Source: a virus (taxonomy: Duplodnaviria > Caudoviricetes). From it: 64,000 nt of DNA. Every line of letters begins with the position of its first letter. Positions within the stretch are counted from its first letter, which is position 1. This document shows positions 10,791 through 17,701 of the stretch, piece by piece. The notes under the pieces are model-generated. The model was not told the origin of the DNA and made no database searches. It worked only from the letters and a program-made list of their open reading frames with translations. The DNA lies in the IMG/VR virus record IMGVR_UViG_3300019874_000004, positions 871-64,870 of that record; one strand, 5' to 3'. Position numbers and translations under genes: made by a program.

Positions 10791-11075
10791 GTGAGACGTA
10801 GCCTCGCATATAACCTCGTGGTTGCATTTGCAACCATTGTCTTGATGGGAGGATTTGTAGTCGGGTTTGTGCAGCACGCAATCGACAAGAACAACGATGC
10901 TGTATGCGGTGTTGTTCTTGCATCCATGCAGGCTCCACCAGCCCCTCCCGTAGATGCAGACCCAAAGACGGAGTACGGGCGGCAGCTTCTAGATTACAAC
11001 AAGAAACTGGAGGTGTATAACAAAAACGTCACAGCCGACGTTCAGAAGCTCATCAAGCAATATAACTGCAAGTAG
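10791..11075 (+). CDS. Single-TM membrane protein of the lysis cassette
   Basis: N-terminal hydrophobic helix followed by a Pro-rich linker and coiled coil. Confidence 0.6.
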   Translation: MRRSLAYNLVVAFATIVLMGGFVVGFVQHAIDKNNDAVCGVVLASMQAPPAPPVDADPKTEYGRQLLDYNKKLEVYNKNVTADVQKLIKQYNCK

Positions 11076-11083
11076 GAGGAATC

Positions 11084-11416
11084 ATGACGATCGATGACTA
11101 CTGGTTGACGTTCCTCATTGCGACCGTCCTTCCCGCAGCCGTCGCAGTGGTGACGAACCGTTGGGCCTCTGGAACATTGAAGGCTTTGGTCTTGATCCTG
11201 CTCTCTGCTCTGAATGGATGGCTGACCAGCCTACTGTCTAGCGGCGGCAGGTTCGAGCTAAAGGCTGCGGCTGTGGGATTGTTTATCTCCTTCATCACCG
11301 CAGTCACTGCGCACTACGGACTGACGGGAACGAATGCACTATCCATTACCGGTCGTGATGGTACGATCCAGAAAGCTCTACCAGGAGGACTGGGAGGCGG
11401 CAATCCGGTAGAATAG
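11084..11416 (+). CDS. Holin-like membrane protein
   Basis: Three hydrophobic helices; AGGAGG RBS; last gene before a terminator. Confidence 0.65.
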   Translation: MTIDDYWLTFLIATVLPAAVAVVTNRWASGTLKALVLILLSALNGWLTSLLSSGGRFELKAAAVGLFISFITAVTAHYGLTGTNALSITGRDGTIQKALPGGLGGGNPVE

Positions 11417-11446
11417 GAATTGCTCTGAGGTGCCCTCCTTGGAATG

Positions 11447-11488
11447 AATGGCCCGGTCTGAACCCCTCCACAGGCCGGGCCATTTCAC
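11447..11488 (+). terminator. Intrinsic terminator-like hairpin ending the late operon
   Basis: AATGGCCCGGTCTG / CAGGCCGGGCCATT 14-bp stem (one G-U) with a short T run. Confidence 0.75.
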
Positions 11489-11519
11489 GCCCAAAATCCA
11501 CCGTATGTAGATTGCAGCA

Positions 11520-12085
11520 ACACAGATGCACGCATGCGCTGCCCCGGTTGGCTAGCCAACTACCGCGCGCCCGCCGCCGATTATATACCAACTTCGCGCG
11601 CGTTCTATAGGCTCGCGCGCCACCCGAGCCTGTTCGACGCGCGCGCATGCGGGAGCCTTCCCGACGCGGGCGGGTGCGCGACTCGAAACCGCGCGCATTG
11701 CGCGATGCCTATTCCCCGCGCGCATGTGTAGGCGCGCGGTCAAAGGCATCGCCCGCACGCACGCGACTGGCGCACGTGTCGAGTACCGCGCGCCCGAGGT
11801 TCGGGCCTCGCGTGCCCGCGCGTCGCGCTGGCGGTCTATAGGCTCCCGCATGCGCCTAGGCGACGTGTAGGCGCGCGAGCCGAGGGAGCTCCGGGGCCTC
11901 GCGCGGACGTACAACCTCCACGCCCGCGCGGCCGATCAGGCGACGTGCGCGATGCCTTCGACCGCGCCCGAGCATGCATATGTGCGCATGCGCGTAGTTC
12001 TCGACACGTGCACGCGCGCGGTGAATAGGATCGCGCGAGCCTCTTAGTGCGATCTAGGCCCGCGACGCGCGCGCTACGCGAGGCA
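11520..12085. repeat. Non-coding CpG-saturated, alternating purine/pyrimidine tract with degenerate internal repeats
   Basis: Dense CGCGCG, GCATGC and CACGTG; repeated CTATAGGCTC, GTGTAGGCGCGCG, CGCGATGCCT and TACCGCGCGCCCG; no credible ORF. Confidence 0.75.
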
Positions 12086-12568
12086 GAAAATTTTTTTTTA
12101 TTTTTCCGAAAAAGGGTAGACGCCGGTCCTGGGATGGAGGAGAGTTCTACTCGTAAGGTTCGGTACGGCGGAGCGGGCGGAGCGTTCGCCCCTCCGGTAC
12201 GGAAGGCTAGGCGCGGTCCGTCCGCTCTCGCGGTACGTCTCGACCCGCCTACTCGCCCTAAGGCGCTACCCGTAGGCCGTGTACGAGGCGGCGCGGAAAA
12301 AATCAGACCGAAACAGGACTCCATCAGCTCGCCGCTCACCTATGGTGACCCGCGATGATTCGAGAAAACACGCCCTGTTAGGTTGGAACCCCCTTCGGAG
12401 AGGGGCCATAGAGAGAGCCGAGAGGATACTAACCACCACGCCTGTAATGTCGCTAGTGGTGGAAGTTACGTCCGGAGTGAACTAGCAGCGGGATTAGGCC
12501 ACCGCGAGCTGGAAAGACGCTCAAATCAGTGAGTCGACCGGACAGGGAACTTGAAGGCTAAAGGTCAA

Positions 12569-12640
12569 TAGCAGGGCGGATAACAGCGAAATTGGAATTG
12601 GTGCTTATCCATAAGGGTTCGATCCCCTCCCTGCTAGCAA
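12569..12640 (+). ncRNA. tRNA-like element (acceptor plus T-arm minihelix, no D arm)
   Basis: TAGCAGGG/CCCTGCTA 8-bp stem stacked on AGGG-TTCGATC-CCCT; internal GGATAA/TTATCC hairpin. Confidence 0.45.
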
Positions 12641-12683
12641 GGACTGCGATGGTCGTAGTCCGATTTCAACAAGGAGAACTAAG

Positions 12684-13166
12684 ATGGCTGCTACACGTAC
12701 TTCCCGCAAGCCCCGTTCGGCTGTTCCGGCGGCTCCAGTCGAGCCGATCGCACCGGCGACGGTGAAGACGCCACGGCGTCGCCGTCCGGCTGCTATCCCG
12801 GCTAAGGTGGTCGAGGTGCAGGGCGATGCTCTTACCTCGGTGGCTGCGCCGACCCTGCTCGGAGCGAACGGCGAGCTCATCCGCCACACGCAGGATTACA
12901 CGGTCGACCTGCTCGACCCCGGTGCCGAGCCGGACCGGGATTATAAGAAGGTCCTTGCTAAGGACCCGTCACAGGTGCACGTCGACTTCGTTGCATGGGT
13001 GCAGAAATACGTCGGCTATGACGCCGACGTCAAGACGGTGCAGATCCTGATCTCGACGTACCACGAGTTCCAGAAGACCCCCGAGCAGAAGGCCAAGACG
13101 ATTGCGAAGCGTCTCGGCGCGGCGCAGAAGCGGGCTGAGGCTGCAAAGAAGACAGCCGCTAAGTAG
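12684..13166 (+). CDS. Basic nucleoid-like / DNA-binding protein, paralog of 21884-22363
   Basis: R/K/P/A-rich tails; core PSQVH..F...VGYDADVKTVQ..I..Y..FQKTPEQ shared with the paralog. Confidence 0.7.
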   Translation: MAATRTSRKPRSAVPAAPVEPIAPATVKTPRRRRPAAIPAKVVEVQGDALTSVAAPTLLGANGELIRHTQDYTVDLLDPGAEPDRDYKKVLAKDPSQVHVDFVAWVQKYVGYDADVKTVQILISTYHEFQKTPEQKAKTIAKRLGAAQKRAEAAKKTAAK

Positions 13167-13193
13167 GCTAGGCTCGATCCGGCCGTGATGGTT

Positions 13194-13256
13194 GTGCAGG
13201 GCGATAGAAGGTCCCCCTGCACTTCCACCCCAGTCGGGGACCGAGAGGAGAACAAG
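13194..13256 (+). promoter_or_regulatory. Early leader module copy A: hairpin with TAGAAGG loop, small hairpin, RBS
   Basis: GTGCAGGGCGA-TAGAAGG-TCCCCCTGCAC; CCCC-AGTC-GGGG; GAGGAGAACAAG-ATG. Confidence 0.7.
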
Positions 13257-13499
13257 ATGATGGATAAGGCGACGGTCATGCAGTTCGAGATGGCCGACGG
13301 TACGAAGTACAGGATTACCGACGATGAGGGAATGGAGTTGTTCCTCGATCGTCAGGTACCGGGAAGGAAGTTCGGCGCGCTGTCCAGCGAGTTCTGCTGG
13401 GAGGGGCTGGAAAGTACCGGCGTCGAGAGCGAGGACAACGGCCTGGAAGAGGCCATCATGTTCCTGCTGAAGGTCGCTCTGCGGGACACCAAGGCGTAA
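13257..13499 (+). CDS. Hypothetical early protein (80 aa, acidic)
   Basis: Strong RBS; phage-like codon usage. Confidence 0.75.
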   Translation: MMDKATVMQFEMADGTKYRITDDEGMELFLDRQVPGRKFGALSSEFCWEGLESTGVESEDNGLEEAIMFLLKVALRDTKA

Positions 13500-13514
13500 C
13501 CCGGCCGCGAGTAT

Positions 13515-13575
13515 GGTGCTGAGTTAGAAGGACTCAGCACCGTGCGCCCAGCCGGGCAACCGAAGGGAGAGCAAG
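13515..13575 (+). promoter_or_regulatory. Early leader module copy B
   Basis: GGTGCTGAGT-TAGAAGG-ACTCAGCACC; GCCC-AGCC-GGGC; GGGAGAGCAAG-ATG. Confidence 0.75.
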
Positions 13576-14034
13576 ATGATGAGGTTGGTAGAGACCAATA
13601 GCCTGCGAAAGTGGGCTGCGGGGATGCTGGATGAGGCCAGAGGAAATCTCTGGCAGGAGACCCATAGCCTGGGAGATCAGGTACACCTCGCAAACCCGCT
13701 GGAGTTTGCGGCTGGTGCTGAAGATGACGGGGCGATCGTCAGCACCGACTACACAGAGGTGGAGAATCGGGTATGGGTCAGGATGTACATGGCGAGTCGG
13801 GGCATGCCGGCCGACTATATGTGGGTTGCTGAAGGCCCATCTCGCAATGGTCCGTCCGGACAGTGGTTCGTGGAGCGCCTGGTCGGCGAGTCCATCCCGC
13901 AGCCAGAGCTGCAAGAGCCCTTCGCCAAGGAAGCGCAGCACGCACAGGCGCTCGGTCTCAATGCGCTGATCGCTACAGCCGATATCGACGGCTTCACTGA
14001 GTACGAAGCACGCCAGACGGGCGGCTCGGAGTAG
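13576..14034 (+). CDS. Hypothetical early protein
   Basis: 152-aa ORF with RBS. Confidence 0.7.
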   Translation: MMRLVETNSLRKWAAGMLDEARGNLWQETHSLGDQVHLANPLEFAAGAEDDGAIVSTDYTEVENRVWVRMYMASRGMPADYMWVAEGPSRNGPSGQWFVERLVGESIPQPELQEPFAKEAQHAQALGLNALIATADIDGFTEYEARQTGGSE

Positions 14035-14040
14035 GCACGA

Positions 14041-14105
14041 GGGCGCAGAGTTAGAAGGACTCTGCGCCCGATGCTCATTCCGGAGCAGACGATAGGGAGA
14101 ACAAG
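14041..14105 (+). promoter_or_regulatory. Early leader module copy C
   Basis: GGGCGCAGAGT-TAGAAGG-ACTCTGCGCCC; TGCTC-ATTCCG-GAGCA; GGGAGAACAAG-ATG. Confidence 0.75.
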
Positions 14106-14363
14106 ATGGCAAGAGTTTCTGTTGTTGCGCAGCAGGAGGAGTACGATGAGGTCCTGCAGCTCCTGGAAGCGCTCTCGGCGCTCTCCGAGCAGGGTCGGCC
14201 GGTCCTGAACGGAACCAAGCAGGAGGACTCGGACGGCCGAGTCTGGTACGGCTACGACTACAGCGGCGCGTCTTGGTGGATCACCAAGTCGATGGCTGCG
14301 GAGTCCGACACGACCGCAGAGCCATACGAATTCGCCGAACAGAAAGAGCCGCACACGGCGTAG
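14106..14363 (+). CDS. Hypothetical early protein
   Basis: 85-aa acidic ORF with RBS. Confidence 0.7.
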   Translation: MARVSVVAQQEEYDEVLQLLEALSALSEQGRPVLNGTKQEDSDGRVWYGYDYSGASWWITKSMAAESDTTAEPYEFAEQKEPHTA

Positions 14364-14369
14364 GCAGCA

Positions 14370-14434
14370 GGGCATAGGGAATTAGCAAGCCCTATGCCCA
14401 ATGCTCATTCCGGAGCGCAACTGAGGAGGATGCA
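14370..14434 (+). promoter_or_regulatory. Early leader module copy D
   Basis: GGGCATAGGG-AATTAGCAAG-CCCTATGCCC; GCTC-ATTCCG-GAGC; GAGGAGG RBS. Confidence 0.7.
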
Positions 14435-14587
14435 ATGCCTGCTGCGACTATCAAGGACGTCAAGGAATTCTTCGGCCTGAAGGAAGGCCAGAACCTCAAG
14501 GGCTTCACGGAGGAATGGAAGGTCCTGTCGGAAGAGGCCCGGACGCAGATCAAGGAAGGCATCGGTAACGGCTCGTTCTCTTACTGA
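14435..14587 (+). CDS. Small early protein (50 aa), below the ORF-track cutoff
   Basis: MPAATIKDVKEFFGLKEGQNLKGFTEEWKVLSEEARTQIKEGIGNGSFSY; strong RBS and host-like codons; resembles a small protein I recall from Streptomyces phages (from memory). Confidence 0.75.
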   Translation: MPAATIKDVKEFFGLKEGQNLKGFTEEWKVLSEEARTQIKEGIGNGSFSY

Positions 14588-14596
14588 GATGCAGCG

Positions 14597-14667
14597 CGGT
14601 CCACAGCTACATACGGTTGCTGTGGGCCGTGCCGCACTTCAGATCGGAGTGCAAGGAGGGAGCAATT
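14597..14667 (+). promoter_or_regulatory. Early leader module copy (between 14587 and 14668)
   Basis: CGGTCCACAGC-TACATACGGTT-GCTGTGGGCCG; GCACTTC-AGATC-GGAGTGC; AAGGAGGG RBS. Confidence 0.65.
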
Positions 14668-15219
14668 GTGAAGGGTTTGTTGTGGCTGCGCCGGATGCTC
14701 ACTACAGGGCTTACCGGAGTGGCTTTCTGGAACTCGTACAACCACACGGCCGCTTGGTTCTCGGACCACGGCCAAGCCGAGCAGTCGGGATGGCTCGCGC
14801 TTATCCCGGAAGTCGGCGTGATCCTGGTGGTGCTGACCCTATGCACCGGTAAGCTGGGTCGAGTTGAGTCTGCTATCGTCCGGGCGATCGGAGTCGGGTC
14901 GGTCGCAATCACGTTCACTGCTAACCTCGCAGGGGCATCTGCGGGGCCGATGGGAGTCACGGCCGCTCTGGTAGCGCCTGTGTTCGCGGTGCTAGGCTTC
15001 GCTCTAGAGGCGGTAAGTCTGTCGGCCGAGATCGAGCCGCCCCAGTCTCCTCCGCAGCCCGCCCGCAAGAAGCAGATGGGCAAGACGGACATTGGAATCC
15101 TCTGGGCCACTGAGCGAGACGAGTGGCCGACCACGGCGCAGATCCTGGAGAAGTTCCCAGATATCTCCGTGACGACGGCTCGCAAGATCCACAACTCCAA
15201 GAACTTGGTCAGCGTCTGA
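14668..15219 (+). CDS. Membrane protein, DUF2637/SpdA-like, with a C-terminal HTH-like tail
   Basis: Four TM segments (WNSYNH..WLALIPEVG..ITFTANL..ALVAPV) followed by a PTTAQILEKF..ARK helix-turn-helix-like end. Confidence 0.6.
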   Translation: MKGLLWLRRMLTTGLTGVAFWNSYNHTAAWFSDHGQAEQSGWLALIPEVGVILVVLTLCTGKLGRVESAIVRAIGVGSVAITFTANLAGASAGPMGVTAALVAPVFAVLGFALEAVSLSAEIEPPQSPPQPARKKQMGKTDIGILWATERDEWPTTAQILEKFPDISVTTARKIHNSKNLVSV

Positions 15220-15222
15220 GAG

Positions 15223-15287
15223 GATGGTACAGGGAGAGAAGGCCCTGTACCGTCTGCCCAGACGGGTGCTCAATCAAGGAGGGCAAC
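15223..15287 (+). promoter_or_regulatory. Early leader module copy (between 15219 and 15288)
   Basis: GATGGTACAGGG-AGAGAAGG-CCCTGTACCGTC; GCCC-AGAC-GGGT; AAGGAGGG RBS. Confidence 0.7.
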
Positions 15288-15545
15288 ATGAAAGATGAGA
15301 AGATCCTGGCTGAAGGGGAGCTTGATGCAATCAAGCTGATTCAGGCTGGGATACCTGCAGTAGTCGAGAGCGATCCGATGCAGTTCTACTACGTCCTGGC
15401 AGAGTTGTCAGATATCGAGCAGAAGTGGTTGTGCAGCGTCTGCTACTGGCGCTACTACCACGCCCGACCGATCCTGGCAACTATGTCAGAGACGCAGTTC
15501 TGCAATAACAACGAGGGCGCACACTGTAGGGAGTGTGGGGTATGA
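15288..15545 (+). CDS. Hypothetical protein with CxxC motifs
   Basis: CSVC, FCNN..HCREC; RBS present. Confidence 0.65.
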   Translation: MKDEKILAEGELDAIKLIQAGIPAVVESDPMQFYYVLAELSDIEQKWLCSVCYWRYYHARPILATMSETQFCNNNEGAHCRECGV

Positions 15546-15817
15546 ATCCTGTACATCACCTCTTCAGTGCAAGCGCCCGCATACGGTGCGCGGAGTCTGG
15601 GCATATGTGGAATGATGCATCCTTCTTTCTAGTGCATTGGATGCATAAGCCAGTCCTTGAGCGCGTGCAGAAATGCGAGCGTGTAGGCTGCAATCGTACT
15701 CGTACAGACCGGGTTTCTCCAAGCTCCCTGGAGCGCGTCAGTCGGGTCTACGGGGGTAAGATCGAGAGACTCGGACGGGTGACGCGACAGGATATGCTGA
15801 AGGAGATTATCGGCTGA
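15542..15817 (+). CDS. Hypothetical Zn-binding protein
   Basis: C..SGHMW..CERVGC; ATGA overlap with the upstream gene. Confidence 0.6.
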   Translation: MNPVHHLFSASARIRCAESGHMWNDASFFLVHWMHKPVLERVQKCERVGCNRTRTDRVSPSSLERVSRVYGGKIERLGRVTRQDMLKEIIG

Positions 15818-15921
15818 TGGATTGGGACTGCCCTTGGTGCGGGGAGCACTGCACAAGCGAGCGTGACCTAGAGGGGCACGCCGCAGAATGCGAACCATTT
15901 CTGGAGGAACAAGATGGCTGA
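15817..15921 (+). CDS. Micro Zn-finger protein (34 aa)
   Basis: MDWDCPWCGEHCTSERDLEGHAAECEPFLEEQDG; TGATG coupling and GGAG upstream. Confidence 0.5.
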   Translation: MDWDCPWCGEHCTSERDLEGHAAECEPFLEEQDG

Positions 15922-16249
15922 TGAAACGCCCGGCATCGACATGGGAACGCTGCTGGGATATGCAAGTGGAGGGATAGTGCACTCCCCAAACCCGATCTTC
16001 GCATCCCTGCTGCAGGATCTTCCTGAAGATAACTGCGTCCGGAGGATGTATGGGCTCGGGCATACGGACCACCTGATTACGACCTGGCCCAGGCCGGACG
16101 CTAAGAGCGCTCCTGCGATCGAGCCGGACCGAATCCTGCGACCGCACGAGGCAATGCAGAAAGACTTCCTGAAGAGGCGTCGCAAGAAGGATGCGCCTCC
16201 CGCTCTGAACCTGCCTCCCGCAGGGTCGCACAGGATCAGTGATCTCTGA
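15914..16249 (+). CDS. Hypothetical protein
   Basis: GGAGGAACAAG-ATG start. Confidence 0.6.
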   Translation: MADETPGIDMGTLLGYASGGIVHSPNPIFASLLQDLPEDNCVRRMYGLGHTDHLITTWPRPDAKSAPAIEPDRILRPHEAMQKDFLKRRRKKDAPPALNLPPAGSHRISDL

Positions 16250-16707
16250 TGGCGATCATCTGCGGGAATAGGTCTGCAAGCCATTGCATGGGCTCTCACC
16301 CCTCCGTCGCCGCAGTTAAAGCCTGCTATAGAGGACAGATGGTACAGGGGAGTCTGGACATGGACCCGCCCGTCCTCGCAGCCCTCCCTGAAATGAAAGA
16401 GGGGATGTGGAAGATCGGAGAGCGTGTCTTCAAAGTCCAGATTGCGCACCACGGCTCTGGTCGCCTATACTGCAAGGAACTCCTGGTGGAGGAGGATGTA
16501 CCTGGCGGTGAGCAGTATTCCCACTATTGGGAGATGCGGTCAGGCTTCATGCCGACTCTGCGCAGAGAAGGGGCGCAGATGACTCTGGAAGAGGCCAAGA
16601 AGTTCGGCGCTCTGTACGGATTCTGCTGCAACTGCGGGAAGATCCTCACCAATGAGAAGTCGATCGAACTGGGCATCGGCCCGGTTTGCAGGGGGAGATT
16701 CTCATGA
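16249..16707 (+). CDS. DUF6011-like Zn-binding protein
   Basis: C-terminal CCNCGKILTNEKSIELGIGPVC motif. Confidence 0.75.
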   Translation: MAIICGNRSASHCMGSHPSVAAVKACYRGQMVQGSLDMDPPVLAALPEMKEGMWKIGERVFKVQIAHHGSGRLYCKELLVEEDVPGGEQYSHYWEMRSGFMPTLRREGAQMTLEEAKKFGALYGFCCNCGKILTNEKSIELGIGPVCRGRFS

Positions 16708-16919
16708 GCGTCTTCCACGCAGAGGAAAAGTCTACACACGAAATCATCCGTTGTTATCAGGACCCAGAGGGCATCTGGGTAGATGATGAGAACGATCCAG
16801 GCTACATCGACGACGAGACGTTCGAGAAGTTGTACGAGCGCGTCAACTGAGCTGGGGCCGGGCGCAGGCGACTCACGTAGCTCCCTGTGCCCGGCCCCCA
16901 CCATGTTAGGAGAACAGCA

Positions 16920-17183
16920 GTGAGTGCAATTGAAGAAGCCAAGGCCGGTCTGGAAGCCGCCAAGGAGCACGCAGAGACTGCTTGGCAGGAAGCAAGCCAA
17001 GCCAAGGAGACTGCGGCCGAGACGATCGACATGATTCTGAACGTGACCGGCCCGGATCTTCCAGAGCTCGCATCTATCCCGTTCAACATGATTCAGGAGG
17101 CACAGAACCAGATCGAGCAGGCGCAAGCGCTCCTGTCTTCCGCACAGGAAGCTCTGGAAGAGTACAGCAATTCACTCGGCTAA
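16920..17183 (+). CDS. Helical-hairpin protein (87 aa)
   Basis: Two amphipathic helices joined by NVTGP; AGGAG RBS. Confidence 0.65.
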   Translation: MSAIEEAKAGLEAAKEHAETAWQEASQAKETAAETIDMILNVTGPDLPELASIPFNMIQEAQNQIEQAQALLSSAQEALEEYSNSLG

Positions 17184-17203
17184 ATAACAGCACAGGAGGA
17201 AAA

Positions 17204-17596
17204 ATGATAGTTTACGTATCGATGCCAGATCGTGGAGTCGAGCTGGAATTCCTGGCAGAGATCCTGGATACCTGCGAGTCCGAGATTCAGAGCTGGTGCG
17301 AGATCATCTCGTCCACTCGGACCGAGCAGCCAGAGTATCGGCGGATTGAGATCCTGCACGACGGCAAGGCGATCACCCTCGACCACAGTACGGTGCTGAC
17401 CGGGATTAATCGCCTGCTGAAGGACTACAATCCCAGGGTCCACAAGGGCGGCATGAACCTGGTAGTCCCGACCTTCGGGCAGATCTGTGAGTGGCTGATC
17501 ATGAGCATCAACGACGGCGACACGAGTATGGTGGACGCGGACGTCGCAGACGCCATCATCCAGTACGGCGTCTTGGGAAGTATGGAATACAGCTGA
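17204..17596 (+). CDS. Conserved phage hypothetical protein
   Basis: C-terminal DADVADAIIQYGVLG motif, common in phage proteins (from memory); AGGAGG RBS. Confidence 0.65.
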   Translation: MIVYVSMPDRGVELEFLAEILDTCESEIQSWCEIISSTRTEQPEYRRIEILHDGKAITLDHSTVLTGINRLLKDYNPRVHKGGMNLVVPTFGQICEWLIMSINDGDTSMVDADVADAIIQYGVLGSMEYS

Positions 17597-17701
17597 CAAT
17601 GGGAGACCAACAGAGGGAGGCATTCCGCAAGGCAATGAAGAGAGAGGCAAGGCGCATTCGTGTCCTTGCTATTATCAGGAAGATCTTACATGGAGGGCAC
17701 C

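Noticed and set aside
11534-12358. ORFs 11534-11731, 11647-11841 and 12047-12358 as genes
   Set aside because: Arg/Ala/Pro-rich translations arise from the CG-alternating tract; no RBS and no phage-like codon use.
12569-12640. Canonical tRNA gene
   Set aside because: No D arm, no 7-nt anticodon loop and no CCA; kept only as a tRNA-like element.
13194-15287. Regularly spaced repeats as a CRISPR array
   Set aside because: The repeats are not identical, and the spacers are 150-550 nt full ORFs with RBS.
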